A stretch of DNA of 54,920 nt from Candidatus Heimdallarchaeota archaeon (GTDB lineage: Archaea; Asgardarchaeota; Heimdallarchaeia; JABLTI01), in assembly GCA_019056785.1 (NCBI GenBank), contig DXJV01000082.1, forward strand, positions 1 through 54,920, read 5' to 3'. A program made the position numbers and the translations under genes. Under the pieces are notes generated by a model. The model saw nothing but the letters and a program-made list of their open reading frames with translations, had not been told where the DNA came from and did no database searches. Below, in pieces: positions 28,925-38,439 of the stretch. How positions within the stretch are numbered: position 1 is the first letter of the stretch; every line of letters starts with the position of its first letter.

Positions 28925-29584
28925 ATGAGCGAAGGAATACAAGCAACACGAATGAATTTAATGCGACTCCGTGATAGACACAAGCTTGCTGAAAAAGGGC
29001 ATGACTTATTGCAAGAAAAACTGGACTCATTAGTTATCCGTTTCTTTGAGGTCGTTGATACGATCCGTGGTTTACGAGAAGAAACAGCTGTTCTCACAAA
29101 GAAAGCACAAGATGCCCTTATTGAAGCTCAAATGGTTGTAGGACCACTACGAATGCGTGAAATAGCTTTTGCTGCACCGGAAATTTGGAAGATTGAAGCC
29201 TATGAATCCAATGTTGCAGGTGTTGTGGTTCCAAAATTGGAACTCGAGAAGACTAGAGATGATGCCCAAACGAAATTGTTTTACGGTTTTCAGGATTCAA
29301 GTTCTCAAATTGATAATACCACTGAAGCATATAGGCTAGCCATTGAGAAAATTGTTGTCCTTGCTGAAACACTTGCCATGCTGACTATTTTAGGGGAAGC
29401 TATCACAGAGACTAAAAGAAGGGTTAATGCTCTTCGTTTTATTTTAATTCCCCGCCTGAAAAAACAAATCGCTTTCATTGAAATGACACTGGAAGAGCAA
29501 GAAAGAGAACAATTTGCTCAGCTTAAAAAGATAAAAGAAAAATTAAAGAAAAAAGCAGAAGCAAAACATGCTTCATTAAAATAG
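28925..29584 (+). CDS. atpD: A/V-type ATP synthase subunit D
   Basis: ATRMNL...AEKGHDLLQEKLDSL, NVAGVVVP, TKRRVNAL...IP, LEEQERE. Confidence 0.95.
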   Translation: MSEGIQATRMNLMRLRDRHKLAEKGHDLLQEKLDSLVIRFFEVVDTIRGLREETAVLTKKAQDALIEAQMVVGPLRMREIAFAAPEIWKIEAYESNVAGVVVPKLELEKTRDDAQTKLFYGFQDSSSQIDNTTEAYRLAIEKIVVLAETLAMLTILGEAITETKRRVNALRFILIPRLKKQIAFIEMTLEEQEREQFAQLKKIKEKLKKKAEAKHASLK

Positions 29585-29615
29585 AAGAAAAAAAGGGGCA
29601 GAGCACTTTCAATTC

Positions 29616-30830
29616 TTAGGTAAAGAAGTGTTCCTTTGTCCCGGTGTCTGCTTTTACTTTACCCATAACTTTAGCAACAGCTTTTTTGAACTCTGTGTCA
29701 GAGATATGGTCTTTATCCTGTCTAACAGCAAACATTCCGGCTTCTGTGCAAATATTCTTTATATCTGCCCCTGAAGCACCTTCTGTCATGCTCACTAAGA
29801 CGTCGAGATCAACGGTATCATCCAAAGCCATTTTTCTTGTATGAATCTTGAAAATTTCTTTTCGAGCTTTTGCATTTGGCATGCCGATTTCAATGACACG
29901 ATCAAATCGCCCTGGACGGAGCAATGCAGGATCTAAGATATCCGGTCTATTTGTCGCTGCAATAACACGAACATTTCCTCGAACGTCAAAACCGTCAAGA
30001 TTACTTAATAATTGCATTAACGTTCGTTGAACTTCTCTGTCACCGCTGGTTGCAATATCTAGCCGGCGGGAGCCGATAGCATCGAGTTCATCAATGAACA
30101 AGATGGTCGGGGAACGTTCTTCTGCAAATTCGAATATTTCTCGAACGAGTCGTGCTCCTTCACCGATAAATTTCTGGACCAGTTCACTACCAATAACACG
30201 AATAAATGTTGCATTTGTTTCATGAGCAACTGCTCGTGCGAGGAGTGTTTTCCCTGTTCCGGGCGGTCCATAAAGCATCACTCCTTTTGGAGGTGAAATA
30301 CCAACCTTTTCAAAGAGTTCTGGCTTTGTTAACGGAAGCTCAACGGTTTCCCGTAATTCTAAGATTTGCTCCTCGAGTCCGCCGATATCTTCATAGGAAA
30401 CTTCAGGTGCATCCTCAACTTCCATAGCTGAGACCATCGGATCTTTTTGTTGAGGTAATACTTCTACAATTGCGAAGTTTCTTTGGTTTAAGGCAACTCG
30501 TGAGTTTGGTTTTAAGAGGTCTTTACTAATTGATTTTATGACATTCACAACAAAACTGGGACCACTCGAACTCCGAACGATCGCTCTGCCATCATCTAGC
30601 AAGTCAACTAACGTGCCAGTAATGAGCGGGCTTCGCTTCATTTGTTCTAAGTCATTTCGCATGGAGGCAATTTCTCGTTCCATGCGCATACGCTCATTAT
30701 CAATTAACTGCTTTTCTGTCTCGAGCGTACGGATTTTTCTTTCTAAATGACGAGTGTAGGACAATAGATAACTACGATCTTTTTCGGCAATGTCCTTGCT
30801 CTCGTCTTCCTGGTCAACTTCAGGAGTCAT
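29616..30830 (-). CDS. pan: Proteasome-activating nucleotidase
   Basis: Coiled coil + OB domain, [47 protein letters not shown]. Confidence 0.96.
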   Translation of the reverse strand: MTPEVDQEDESKDIAEKDRSYLLSYTRHLERKIRTLETEKQLIDNERMRMEREIASMRNDLEQMKRSPLITGTLVDLLDDGRAIVRSSSGPSFVVNVIKSISKDLLKPNSRVALNQRNFAIVEVLPQQKDPMVSAMEVEDAPEVSYEDIGGLEEQILELRETVELPLTKPELFEKVGISPPKGVMLYGPPGTGKTLLARAVAHETNATFIRVIGSELVQKFIGEGARLVREIFEFAEERSPTILFIDELDAIGSRRLDIATSGDREVQRTLMQLLSNLDGFDVRGNVRVIAATNRPDILDPALLRPGRFDRVIEIGMPNAKARKEIFKIHTRKMALDDTVDLDVLVSMTEGASGADIKNICTEAGMFAVRQDKDHISDTEFKKAVAKVMGKVKADTGTKEHFFT

Positions 30831-30921
30831 ATTTTTACATTTCTCCGATTTTTACCCTTATGAATTTATTTTCATACTCCAAGATAAAAATGTATGTGTA
30901 TAGACGAATAGTTACCAACTT

Positions 30922-31455
30922 TCACAAGTTTTTACTACTACTATCTCGAGTTTCCAGCATTATTTCTTTCTTCATTTTAATGCCGGTGCGGTTTTTTGGA
31001 TAGTAATTCGCTATTCGTGCAACTTCTTTGTAGCCCAATTTTTCGTAGAGGTGTTTTGCAGCGTAATTCTGTTCATAAACTACCAATTCAATTGTAATTT
31101 TCTTCTGCTGTCTAATATTTTTTACTTTTAATTTTAAAATGCGTTCAAATTCGAGCATCAGCTGTTTGCCTATCCCTTGATTTTGTCTTTCAGGGGCAAC
31201 ATTAATGGTTATTATTTCATAATTATTCTGATTGTTTAAATAGCCGATAATAAATCCGACAAGCATTCTTTCTCCCTGAGAAGTGCCTTCTTCTGCAACG
31301 AGGAAAATTTCACCTCTTTGCCCCATTAAAAATAAGTAGAAAAGGTCCTTCTCAAATCGGAGGTCCTCCTCGAAGCATTGCAATTCGATTTCATAGACCT
31401 CATGGATGTCGAATATAGTTGCCGGACGTATTTCTATTGCCATTTTTGATGCCAA
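30922..31455 (-). CDS. RimI/Ard1-like N-acetyltransferase (GNAT)
   Basis: INVAPERQNQGIGKQLM, LVVYEQNYAAKHLYEKLGY, NYY. Start TTG 31455 or the ATG four codons later. Confidence 0.88.
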   Translation of the reverse strand: MASKMAIEIRPATIFDIHEVYEIELQCFEEDLRFEKDLFYLFLMGQRGEIFLVAEEGTSQGERMLVGFIIGYLNNQNNYEIITINVAPERQNQGIGKQLMLEFERILKLKVKNIRQQKKITIELVVYEQNYAAKHLYEKLGYKEVARIANYYPKNRTGIKMKKEIMLETRDSSSKNL

Positions 31456-31562
31456 ATACTAACTTATAAAACAAGTCAATAAATTTATGCTTGGATTTTT
31501 TTGATAAAAATTTGTTTATTCCTAACGAAAGCTTTAAGTTTACCAAGAGAAGAAACATTATT

Positions 31563-32888
31563 ATGCAGAAAGAAACCTCTGTTGAATCCCCGAAAAGGAC
31601 TTTGCTAAAAGATTGGTTAAACGATCGGAAATATCCATTGAGTGCCATTGTGGGACTTATTGTTCTCGTTGGAGCGACAATTATCATCCATTTCTATCGG
31701 GGGACAAAGCCTTGGCTTGAGATTTTTGCTTATCCATTATTACTCTATTTCATCTTTCAACAAGTGTTAAGTGGTTTTGGTTTTATTACTGGGTATATCC
31801 CCATTGCTATTGATATTATTAATTGGTTGACAAAAACTTCCAAGAAAAAATCATTTGATAAAGAAGAGATTGAGCAACTCGAGACTGAGCTCAAACAAAT
31901 TGAAGCATATGAAAAACGCGAACAAACTGAACTTGCTCAGCGAGAAGAAAAACTTGCGAAAAAAATGGAAGAATTAGCGACCAAGAAAGAAAGTGGCAGA
32001 TGGTCTGGCTGGAAGTTAAAGCGAGAGACGAAGAAGGTTGCAAAAGAAAAAGCAAAAATAGAAAAGGAGAAGAAGGAACTTGAAGGAAAGTTCAAGGTAC
32101 GAAAGGAGAAAATTAAGAAGAAGTTAAAAGAATATCGTGGAAAGCTTTCTGAAAAGATAATTACCAAACAGGAGCAAATTGAACCTCATAAATTCAAGTT
32201 AATTATGTTGATTCCAATCTACATCATGCTGGGACTCGGAATTATTTTAGCGCTGATTGGCTTGATAAATCCCATCGTTCGCTGGGCAAGTGGCTATACA
32301 ATACCTACTTTAGATACGTTTGATATTATTAATGAATGGTATAAAGGCATCATTGCTGCCTGGGGTATCATTTCGTTTTACATCATCCCATCCATTCGGA
32401 TCCTAAAGGACCCATCAAAAGAATATATTCCCCGGATGATTGTAGTGGAAGAAAAAAGACGATTTCGACTCTTCCGCAGAAAGAAAAAAGAAGATATCAA
32501 GACAATATTAAACAGGCAATTTGAAGATCTCAGAAAATATTATTGGGACATTAAACAACTCATTGGGAAAGCTCTCCTCATACCGATTGGTCTTTCCATG
32601 TTAATTGCCGCCCCTCTAGGAGCAATGTCTGTGACATTAGGCATACAAACATCCATCCGCCGGAAGAAAACACAGCCTCATGAACTAGTTGTCTTAATAC
32701 TAGTCGCAATTGCTTTAATTTGCATGGTTGTTCCAACGTACTTCTCCTTCTTTGCAAGGTTCTTAAAGAACATTCACCCAATAATTCCGATTTTATTAAA
32801 AATCATCTATATTCCCTTCCTTATCCTATCATTTATCTTGTTCATGCGACAACCAATTGCAAGTATTAAAACAGTTGATGAAAATTAA
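31563..32888 (+). CDS. Polytopic membrane protein with large Lys/Glu-rich coiled-coil loop
   Basis: About seven TMs with a ~115-aa charged insert after TM2. ATG 31563 preferred over 31491. Confidence 0.8.
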   Translation: MQKETSVESPKRTLLKDWLNDRKYPLSAIVGLIVLVGATIIIHFYRGTKPWLEIFAYPLLLYFIFQQVLSGFGFITGYIPIAIDIINWLTKTSKKKSFDKEEIEQLETELKQIEAYEKREQTELAQREEKLAKKMEELATKKESGRWSGWKLKRETKKVAKEKAKIEKEKKELEGKFKVRKEKIKKKLKEYRGKLSEKIITKQEQIEPHKFKLIMLIPIYIMLGLGIILALIGLINPIVRWASGYTIPTLDTFDIINEWYKGIIAAWGIISFYIIPSIRILKDPSKEYIPRMIVVEEKRRFRLFRRKKKEDIKTILNRQFEDLRKYYWDIKQLIGKALLIPIGLSMLIAAPLGAMSVTLGIQTSIRRKKTQPHELVVLILVAIALICMVVPTYFSFFARFLKNIHPIIPILLKIIYIPFLILSFILFMRQPIASIKTVDEN

Positions 32889-33457
32889 GGGGCAGTATAC
32901 TGTTCTTGCAAAAAGGCAGTAAGACGGTCTAATGCTCTGCGAAAAGCAGAGCGAGTATTCTTTTTTTCACGACCCATTTCAGCCCAAGTTCTTTTTTCAC
33001 CTTTCGGAATGAAAATTCGGTCGAAATGCCAGCCTTCTCCTCTTGGCTTTTCAGCAATAGTTCCTTCATCTTTTTCAACAAAAATATGTGGGGAACACTC
33101 TTCAGCACAAAAAGCGATTGCAGCCACAAAAAATGCTCGCCGGTCCTCTTCACCTTCTAAAAGCTTTACCAGCCCCTTCTGCCCTATTGTTTCATTTACA
33201 AACTTTACTAATGCGCCTGGGAAATTTCTTAAGGCAACAATTTCTAACCCACTATCCGAAACAACAACAGGCCGCTTTAATTGTTTATATGCTTGTATTG
33301 CCTTAAAAGCGACAACTTCCTCAACCGAGAGTGTTTGAATTTCGAGCAACTCAAGTGTGGCATCAAATTCTAATTGAAAGCTTTTGCCTAACATCGTTTT
33401 AATGTCAGCTATTTTTTCTTTATTTTTCGTGACAAAGGTCAACGTATTTTTTTTCAT
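32885..33457 (-). CDS. Ham1/RdgB family non-canonical purine NTP pyrophosphatase (divergent)
   Basis: VTKNKEK, EIQ, DSGL, FPGALVK, FDRIFIP...TWAEM...KN; canonical SHR replaced by SAF. Confidence 0.88.
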   Translation of the reverse strand: MKKNTLTFVTKNKEKIADIKTMLGKSFQLEFDATLELLEIQTLSVEEVVAFKAIQAYKQLKRPVVVSDSGLEIVALRNFPGALVKFVNETIGQKGLVKLLEGEEDRRAFFVAAIAFCAEECSPHIFVEKDEGTIAEKPRGEGWHFDRIFIPKGEKRTWAEMGREKKNTRSAFRRALDRLTAFLQEQYTAP

Positions 33458-33487
33458 AACGAGTCACCTACTGGTCTGGCCACTTTT

Positions 33488-34669
33488 TTAGAGCTTTTCC
33501 CATCGTGTTAGAAAGTTGCCAACGATTAACAAAACTAACCCTATAATTAGAGTAATACCTATATTGAGCCATGCTTGTGAATAATTATTAGTAATCATGC
33601 TTGCGCGCAAAGCTTCAATAACATAGGTCAATGGTGAAAACTTCGATAGGATGGTTAAAATTTTAATACTCGAGATATCGAAAAACACACCACTTAGAAT
33701 CATCAATGGTATGACCACAGCAAGAGAAATGAGAAGTGAGCTACGGGGGTTTTTAGTAAACAAACTTATCATGAGCCCTATGCTCGTAAAAAGTATTACA
33801 CCTGTGAAAATGATGGGCAAAAGCATCGCATTAATGCTGGTCAGACTAAAGCCAAAGAAAAACCAGCCGGCTAAAATCGAGAGAAAAGTCGCCAAGAATG
33901 TGATAATGAAATGAAAAGTTATTTCTGAAGTTTGAAATTCAAAATGGGTTAAGGGAGTAGTGGCGAATTTCTTGAAGATGCCGATTTTTTTGTAATGAGA
34001 CTGCCGCATAACTGTACCTATCAGCGCGATGTTCATAATAACAACACCAATAATGCCCGGTAAGAAGAAATCAATATAATTAATATTATTCGAATAAAAA
34101 ACCTCTGTTTCAAGATTCACCAAAGGAGAAGAGTTATTTCTCTCAAGGTTAAATTCATTGATAACATTGCCCACTAAACGAACAATCCTATCGGAACTAC
34201 TTACATAGGGATTTACGAAGAGAATTACTTCAGAATATCCATTGATAATCGAATTTTCAAACCAGTGTTGAGGGATAACAAGACATGCATGAATTTGATT
34301 TTGTTCCATGAATTCTTTCGGGTCAACTGTGAGGTCAGTCAAATAACTTACCCGTAAAAACTGATTCGCTTCCAGCTTCTGTATTAGCTCCTCGGAGACA
34401 ATTGAATTATCATGATTTTGAACTGTGAGATCATATCTGAATGATTGTTGTTTGGCAAAAATCGAGCCAAAAAGTAAGAGAATTATTAGGGGCAAAGCAA
34501 AGAAGAGAAAGATGGTGAGACGAGAACGAAAGGTCAAAATGGCAGTTATCTTTATTTGAGAATTTATCCTTCGTGAGCTGTTTTTCAAGTGCTTGAAAAT
34601 TTGCTTGAGCTTCTTCTGCAAAGGCTCCTTCTTTTGCTCGTTTTTATTGATCTTATTTTCTTCAGCCAT
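33488..34669 (-). CDS. ABC-2 type transporter permease
   Basis: TM1, large external domain, YIDFFLPGIIG, TPLT, LSGVFF, PLTYVIEALR. Confidence 0.92.
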   Translation of the reverse strand: MAEENKINKNEQKKEPLQKKLKQIFKHLKNSSRRINSQIKITAILTFRSRLTIFLFFALPLIILLLFGSIFAKQQSFRYDLTVQNHDNSIVSEELIQKLEANQFLRVSYLTDLTVDPKEFMEQNQIHACLVIPQHWFENSIINGYSEVILFVNPYVSSSDRIVRLVGNVINEFNLERNNSSPLVNLETEVFYSNNINYIDFFLPGIIGVVIMNIALIGTVMRQSHYKKIGIFKKFATTPLTHFEFQTSEITFHFIITFLATFLSILAGWFFFGFSLTSINAMLLPIIFTGVILFTSIGLMISLFTKNPRSSLLISLAVVIPLMILSGVFFDISSIKILTILSKFSPLTYVIEALRASMITNNYSQAWLNIGITLIIGLVLLIVGNFLTRWEKL

Positions 34670-34676
34670 TTCTCAT

Positions 34677-35861
34677 CTAGTCCCTCCATTTAATCGCCAG
34701 TATGCCCAAAATTTGAAAGATAAAAGCAAAAATGGCTGATAAAGCAAAATGAAGCCAAAAACCTCCGGTAAAAGTACCCATCATGGTATAACGAATTCCT
34801 TCAGTTAAGTAATAAAGCGGGAAAATACGCGCAAGTGCACGAAGGAACTGTGGGAAATCAAGCAAAGGAATTATCACACCACTTAAGATTATTTGTGGAA
34901 CGAGAAAAAGAATCGAAACGATCATAATACCATCCGGATTAGAAATAAGACGTACCAGAATAAAGCCTATACCTGAAAAAGTCAACGTTCCAAAAATAAT
35001 GAAAAGAAGCATTAGTGGATGTAAACTCGAGATATTAAAGCTAAAAATAAGGGCAAATAAGATGACAAGCGTGCTGGCAATAAATACTAATAATAATTGC
35101 CAGAGCTGTCGTGAAAAAACCAATTCAAACCGGGTGAGAGGTGTTGTTGCCAATTTGGATAGGAAATTGCTCTCTTTCTCTTCCAAGTCGTAATTTACGC
35201 TTGTGAAGAGTGTGATGGTTGAGATAGCAATCATGATAATCCCGGGTACAAGAGAGTCAATATATGAAAGATTGGCCACATAATTGTAAACGACATCCAT
35301 ACCAAATTTAAGCTCAATTGGCATGATTAGTATATTGTAATCCATCACCACTTCATTCACAATATCAATTACCGTTTTTGCTGAATAAGAGGAAGGGTCG
35401 TAGTAGATAGTCAAGTTTGCAGTCAGATTCAGGCTTAATTTCACTCCCCATGTTGGAGGGATAATCAATAAGACAAATCTGTTGTTTTCTTTCAGCCATT
35501 CTTCAGGTGAAATGATTGGTTCCGTCACTTCGTTGACTTTTAAAGTAGTAGTGTTTTCAAGTAGTCCCATAAAATAGGCCGATTGTTCGCTATGATCCTG
35601 ATCTACAACATCGAGATTGAGCGTTTGGAATTCTGCTCGACCAAAGATTGCTCCGAATATCAAAACAAGAACAATGGGGTAAATTATTGACCAGAAGATA
35701 ACATTAGGAGAGCGGAAATATCGCAAACTTCGACCGCCAATTAAAGTAAAAATACGTCGCATGCTTAAATAGAAATTTCTGGCAAGACGTTTTAGGTGTA
35801 ATACAAACTTGGATGGTGCTTTTGGTTGTTCTTTTTCTTCTAGAATCGGTTGCTCATCCAA
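34677..35861 (-). CDS. ABC-2 type transporter permease
   Basis: YIDSLVPGII, TPLTR, LSGVIIP, PLYYLTEGIR; GGTGA SD then TTG. Confidence 0.92.
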   Translation of the reverse strand: MDEQPILEEKEQPKAPSKFVLHLKRLARNFYLSMRRIFTLIGGRSLRYFRSPNVIFWSIIYPIVLVLIFGAIFGRAEFQTLNLDVVDQDHSEQSAYFMGLLENTTTLKVNEVTEPIISPEEWLKENNRFVLLIIPPTWGVKLSLNLTANLTIYYDPSSYSAKTVIDIVNEVVMDYNILIMPIELKFGMDVVYNYVANLSYIDSLVPGIIMIAISTITLFTSVNYDLEEKESNFLSKLATTPLTRFELVFSRQLWQLLLVFIASTLVILFALIFSFNISSLHPLMLLFIIFGTLTFSGIGFILVRLISNPDGIMIVSILFLVPQIILSGVIIPLLDFPQFLRALARIFPLYYLTEGIRYTMMGTFTGGFWLHFALSAIFAFIFQILGILAIKWRD

Positions 35862-35895
35862 ATTACTTCACCATCCTATTCTGTATATGATACTT

Positions 35896-36900
35896 TCATA
35901 TGGTTTCTGATAATTTCTCTCCGGTTAGGGTTATAAATGCGTCATTCAAAGTTGGTTTCTGCGTAATGATATCAGAATAGCGAGCATTCACTTTTTCGAG
36001 TTTGTTTAGAACTTCTGCTAAAGTGATTTCCTCGCTAGAAATGACGATGTTATCATCAATAATTTCAAAGGGGCATTCATCTTGTAGTGCTTTAATTGCT
36101 TTTTCGCGTTCCGTCAAACTAATGAAACGAATGATAATTCTACTACCAGCGCTATAGCGATCAATAAGTTCCAAAGGGGTCCCAATATCCTTTAGTAGGC
36201 CTTTATGGATGATCGCCACTTGATCGGCAACAATAGCCGGTTCAAGCGCTTGATTAGTTGTCAAGACAATAGTCTTCCCTCGCGCCTTAAACTCTTTAAG
36301 AATCCCCCAAATTTCTTTCTTAGCAAATTGGTCCAAACCACTTGTTGGTTCATCTAGGAAAACAATGTCAGGATCGTTGATAAAAGCTGTTGCTAAACCA
36401 ACTTTCCGTTTAATGGGGAAAGTTAATTGTCGATAACGTTTATTTGCATAGTCTGTCAAATTAAATAACTCAATGATCTCTGAAACAGGGAGCATCTTGT
36501 CATACATTTTTCCCCAAAATTGAAGGTTTTCTTTAACAGTTAAATTGTCATAGGTTCTAAATTCTTGCGGAAGGTAGCCAATACGTTTCTTAATCTCACG
36601 CATTTCATAGCTTTTGGAAATGTCGTTTTGAAGAATGGTCACTTCTCCACTTGAGGGGTTTCGCAATCCGACCAATATTTCAAGTAAAGTTGTTTTTCCT
36701 GAACCATCTGGCCCTAAAATACAATAAATCTCCTCGAGTGCAACTACAAAGGAAATACCGTTCAAGATATCAACGCCATTAAATTCTTTCTTAAGATCCT
36801 TAACAGTAATTACTTTCTCTTGGTCCAAGGTTATCAACAACTTTTCCTTCACTACAACTTTGTATTTTATAATCTTTGTTATTTTCTTTTTTGGATTCAA
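35896..36900 (-). CDS. ABC transporter ATP-binding protein (DrrA-like, degenerate signature)
   Basis: Walker A GPDGSGKTT, Q-loop YLPQ, Walker B FLDEPTSGLD, PTLNDAF. True start probably about 20 codons downstream (TTG). Confidence 0.9.
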   Translation of the reverse strand: MNPKKKITKIIKYKVVVKEKLLITLDQEKVITVKDLKKEFNGVDILNGISFVVALEEIYCILGPDGSGKTTLLEILVGLRNPSSGEVTILQNDISKSYEMREIKKRIGYLPQEFRTYDNLTVKENLQFWGKMYDKMLPVSEIIELFNLTDYANKRYRQLTFPIKRKVGLATAFINDPDIVFLDEPTSGLDQFAKKEIWGILKEFKARGKTIVLTTNQALEPAIVADQVAIIHKGLLKDIGTPLELIDRYSAGSRIIIRFISLTEREKAIKALQDECPFEIIDDNIVISSEEITLAEVLNKLEKVNARYSDIITQKPTLNDAFITLTGEKLSETI

Positions 36901-37005
36901 GAATTTTTCTACTTACCGATTGAGTAATCCTTTTAATCCTTTAAATTAACTTTAATCCGAGCAAATTACTAAAGATTTAAATTGTTAGTAGCGGAGAAAA
37001 GGTGA

Positions 37006-37962
37006 ATGTCATTTTTAAGTCGAATATTAAAAAAGCAATATTCGGGTTTTGATTCGAAAAGTAAAAGATCAATTGCTATCATTGGTCTTGATGGTGCCGG
37101 TAAAACCACGATTATTAATCGACTGCTCAAATCAGAATTTAATCTTGTCCGACCAACTTTTGGAATAAATATTGAGATTTACAAATACCGAAGTTTGGAA
37201 TTCATTGTATATGATATTGGCGGACAAACACCTCTTCGAGAGTCTCTGTGGAATAAGTTTGTTGCAAGCGCAGATGGAATTGTTTTTGTCTTTGACTCTG
37301 CTGATAAGAAGAGGTTTAAATTAGCGGTACAAGAATTTTACAATACATTAACGTATAATGAGAAAGCCCCCTTATTATTCCTAGCAAATAAAATCGATTT
37401 AAAAGAAGCCGTTGACTTTAACAAAATTAGAAGCCTTTTCAATTTCAATAAGCTAATTCGAGAACAAAGAAAGTGCGAATTTACACAATGCTCTGCATTG
37501 ACTGGCGAACAGTTATTTGAAAGTTGGGATTGGCTAACGCATCAATTACTGTCCAAAAAAGAAATTTCTTCTATGAATGTTAAAATTCTTGGAGGGTATC
37601 TTTATTTGAGCTCGGGAGACATGCTTGAAGAATTTCTTTGTGGGACGCCAAAAACGCAAAGCAAACACTTTCCATTATTGAAAGAAGGGAATTACGAAAT
37701 TCAACGGTTTATAAAACAAATGAAGAATTATCAGAAAGCAGAAACACTCTTACAAACAGGCAACAAACAATTGATAATTGTTAAAGAAGATGAATTAGTT
37801 CTTGGACTCATTATTCAATCAGATGATCCGGCTGCAAGAGCCATTCGCATTCTGAAAAATCTGCACAAAAAAGTAGCAAAGAAACTCGCAAATAAAGAGA
37901 AAATCAATTTTCAAGAATTTATTCAATCAGATTATCCTATTGATATTTATCTCGAGGAGTAA
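37006..37962 (+). CDS. Arf/Sar-family small GTPase fused to a C-terminal longin/roadblock-like domain
   Basis: G1 GLDGAGKTT, G2 PTFG, G3 DIGGQ, FVFDSAD, G4 NKID, G5 CSALTG, plus about 130 extra C-terminal residues. Confidence 0.88.
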   Translation: MSFLSRILKKQYSGFDSKSKRSIAIIGLDGAGKTTIINRLLKSEFNLVRPTFGINIEIYKYRSLEFIVYDIGGQTPLRESLWNKFVASADGIVFVFDSADKKRFKLAVQEFYNTLTYNEKAPLLFLANKIDLKEAVDFNKIRSLFNFNKLIREQRKCEFTQCSALTGEQLFESWDWLTHQLLSKKEISSMNVKILGGYLYLSSGDMLEEFLCGTPKTQSKHFPLLKEGNYEIQRFIKQMKNYQKAETLLQTGNKQLIIVKEDELVLGLIIQSDDPAARAIRILKNLHKKVAKKLANKEKINFQEFIQSDYPIDIYLEE

Positions 37963-37979
37963 ATTTCTCAACCCTTTTT

Positions 37980-38408
37980 TTACTCCTGTTTATGGGTTTC
38001 CTGAATAATTGAAGGCATCACTTCAAGTACCCCTTCCAACTCCTCTATTTTTTCCACAATTTCACCCAAATGGATGCCATCATTGGCGAAAATTTTACAC
38101 ATGATCATAAATGCTCCAGTCGAGGTTGCTAGGAATTTCACCTCATTAATTTTTTTCAAAGCCTTCACTACCCGGAGAAGTTTGGAAGGGTGAGTATTTA
38201 TCCCAATAAAAGCAATTGTATTGTAGCCAAGATAAGCAGGATTCAATTCAATAGTAAATCGCTTAATAACCCCTCTTTGTAGTAATTTTAACAAGCGTTG
38301 TCGAACAGTTGATTCACTTCGATTAATACGTTTTGCAATTTCAATATTTGATACGCGCGAATCTTTTTGAAGAATGGCAATTATTTTTTGATCAATTTCA
38401 TCGTACAT
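37980..38408 (-). CDS. lrpA: Lrp/AsnC family regulator, LrpA/Ptr2-like
   Basis: DEIDQKIIAILQKDSR...SESTVRQR, NPAYLGY, TSTGAFMIM..IFANDG, MPSII closely follow the Pyrococcus LrpA / Methanocaldococcus Ptr2 pattern as I recall it. GGTGA SD then ATG 38408. Confidence 0.88.
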   Translation of the reverse strand: MYDEIDQKIIAILQKDSRVSNIEIAKRINRSESTVRQRLLKLLQRGVIKRFTIELNPAYLGYNTIAFIGINTHPSKLLRVVKALKKINEVKFLATSTGAFMIMCKIFANDGIHLGEIVEKIEELEGVLEVMPSIIQETHKQE

Positions 38409-38426
38409 CTGTTTCACCGATAAAAC

Positions 38427-38439
38427 AACGATTTTCGTT
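38427..38439. promoter_or_regulatory. Palindromic Lrp (Ptr2-type) operator
   Basis: AACGA-TTT-TCGTT between the lrp TATA (TTTATTAA, 38465..38458 on minus) and its SD. Confidence 0.7.
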
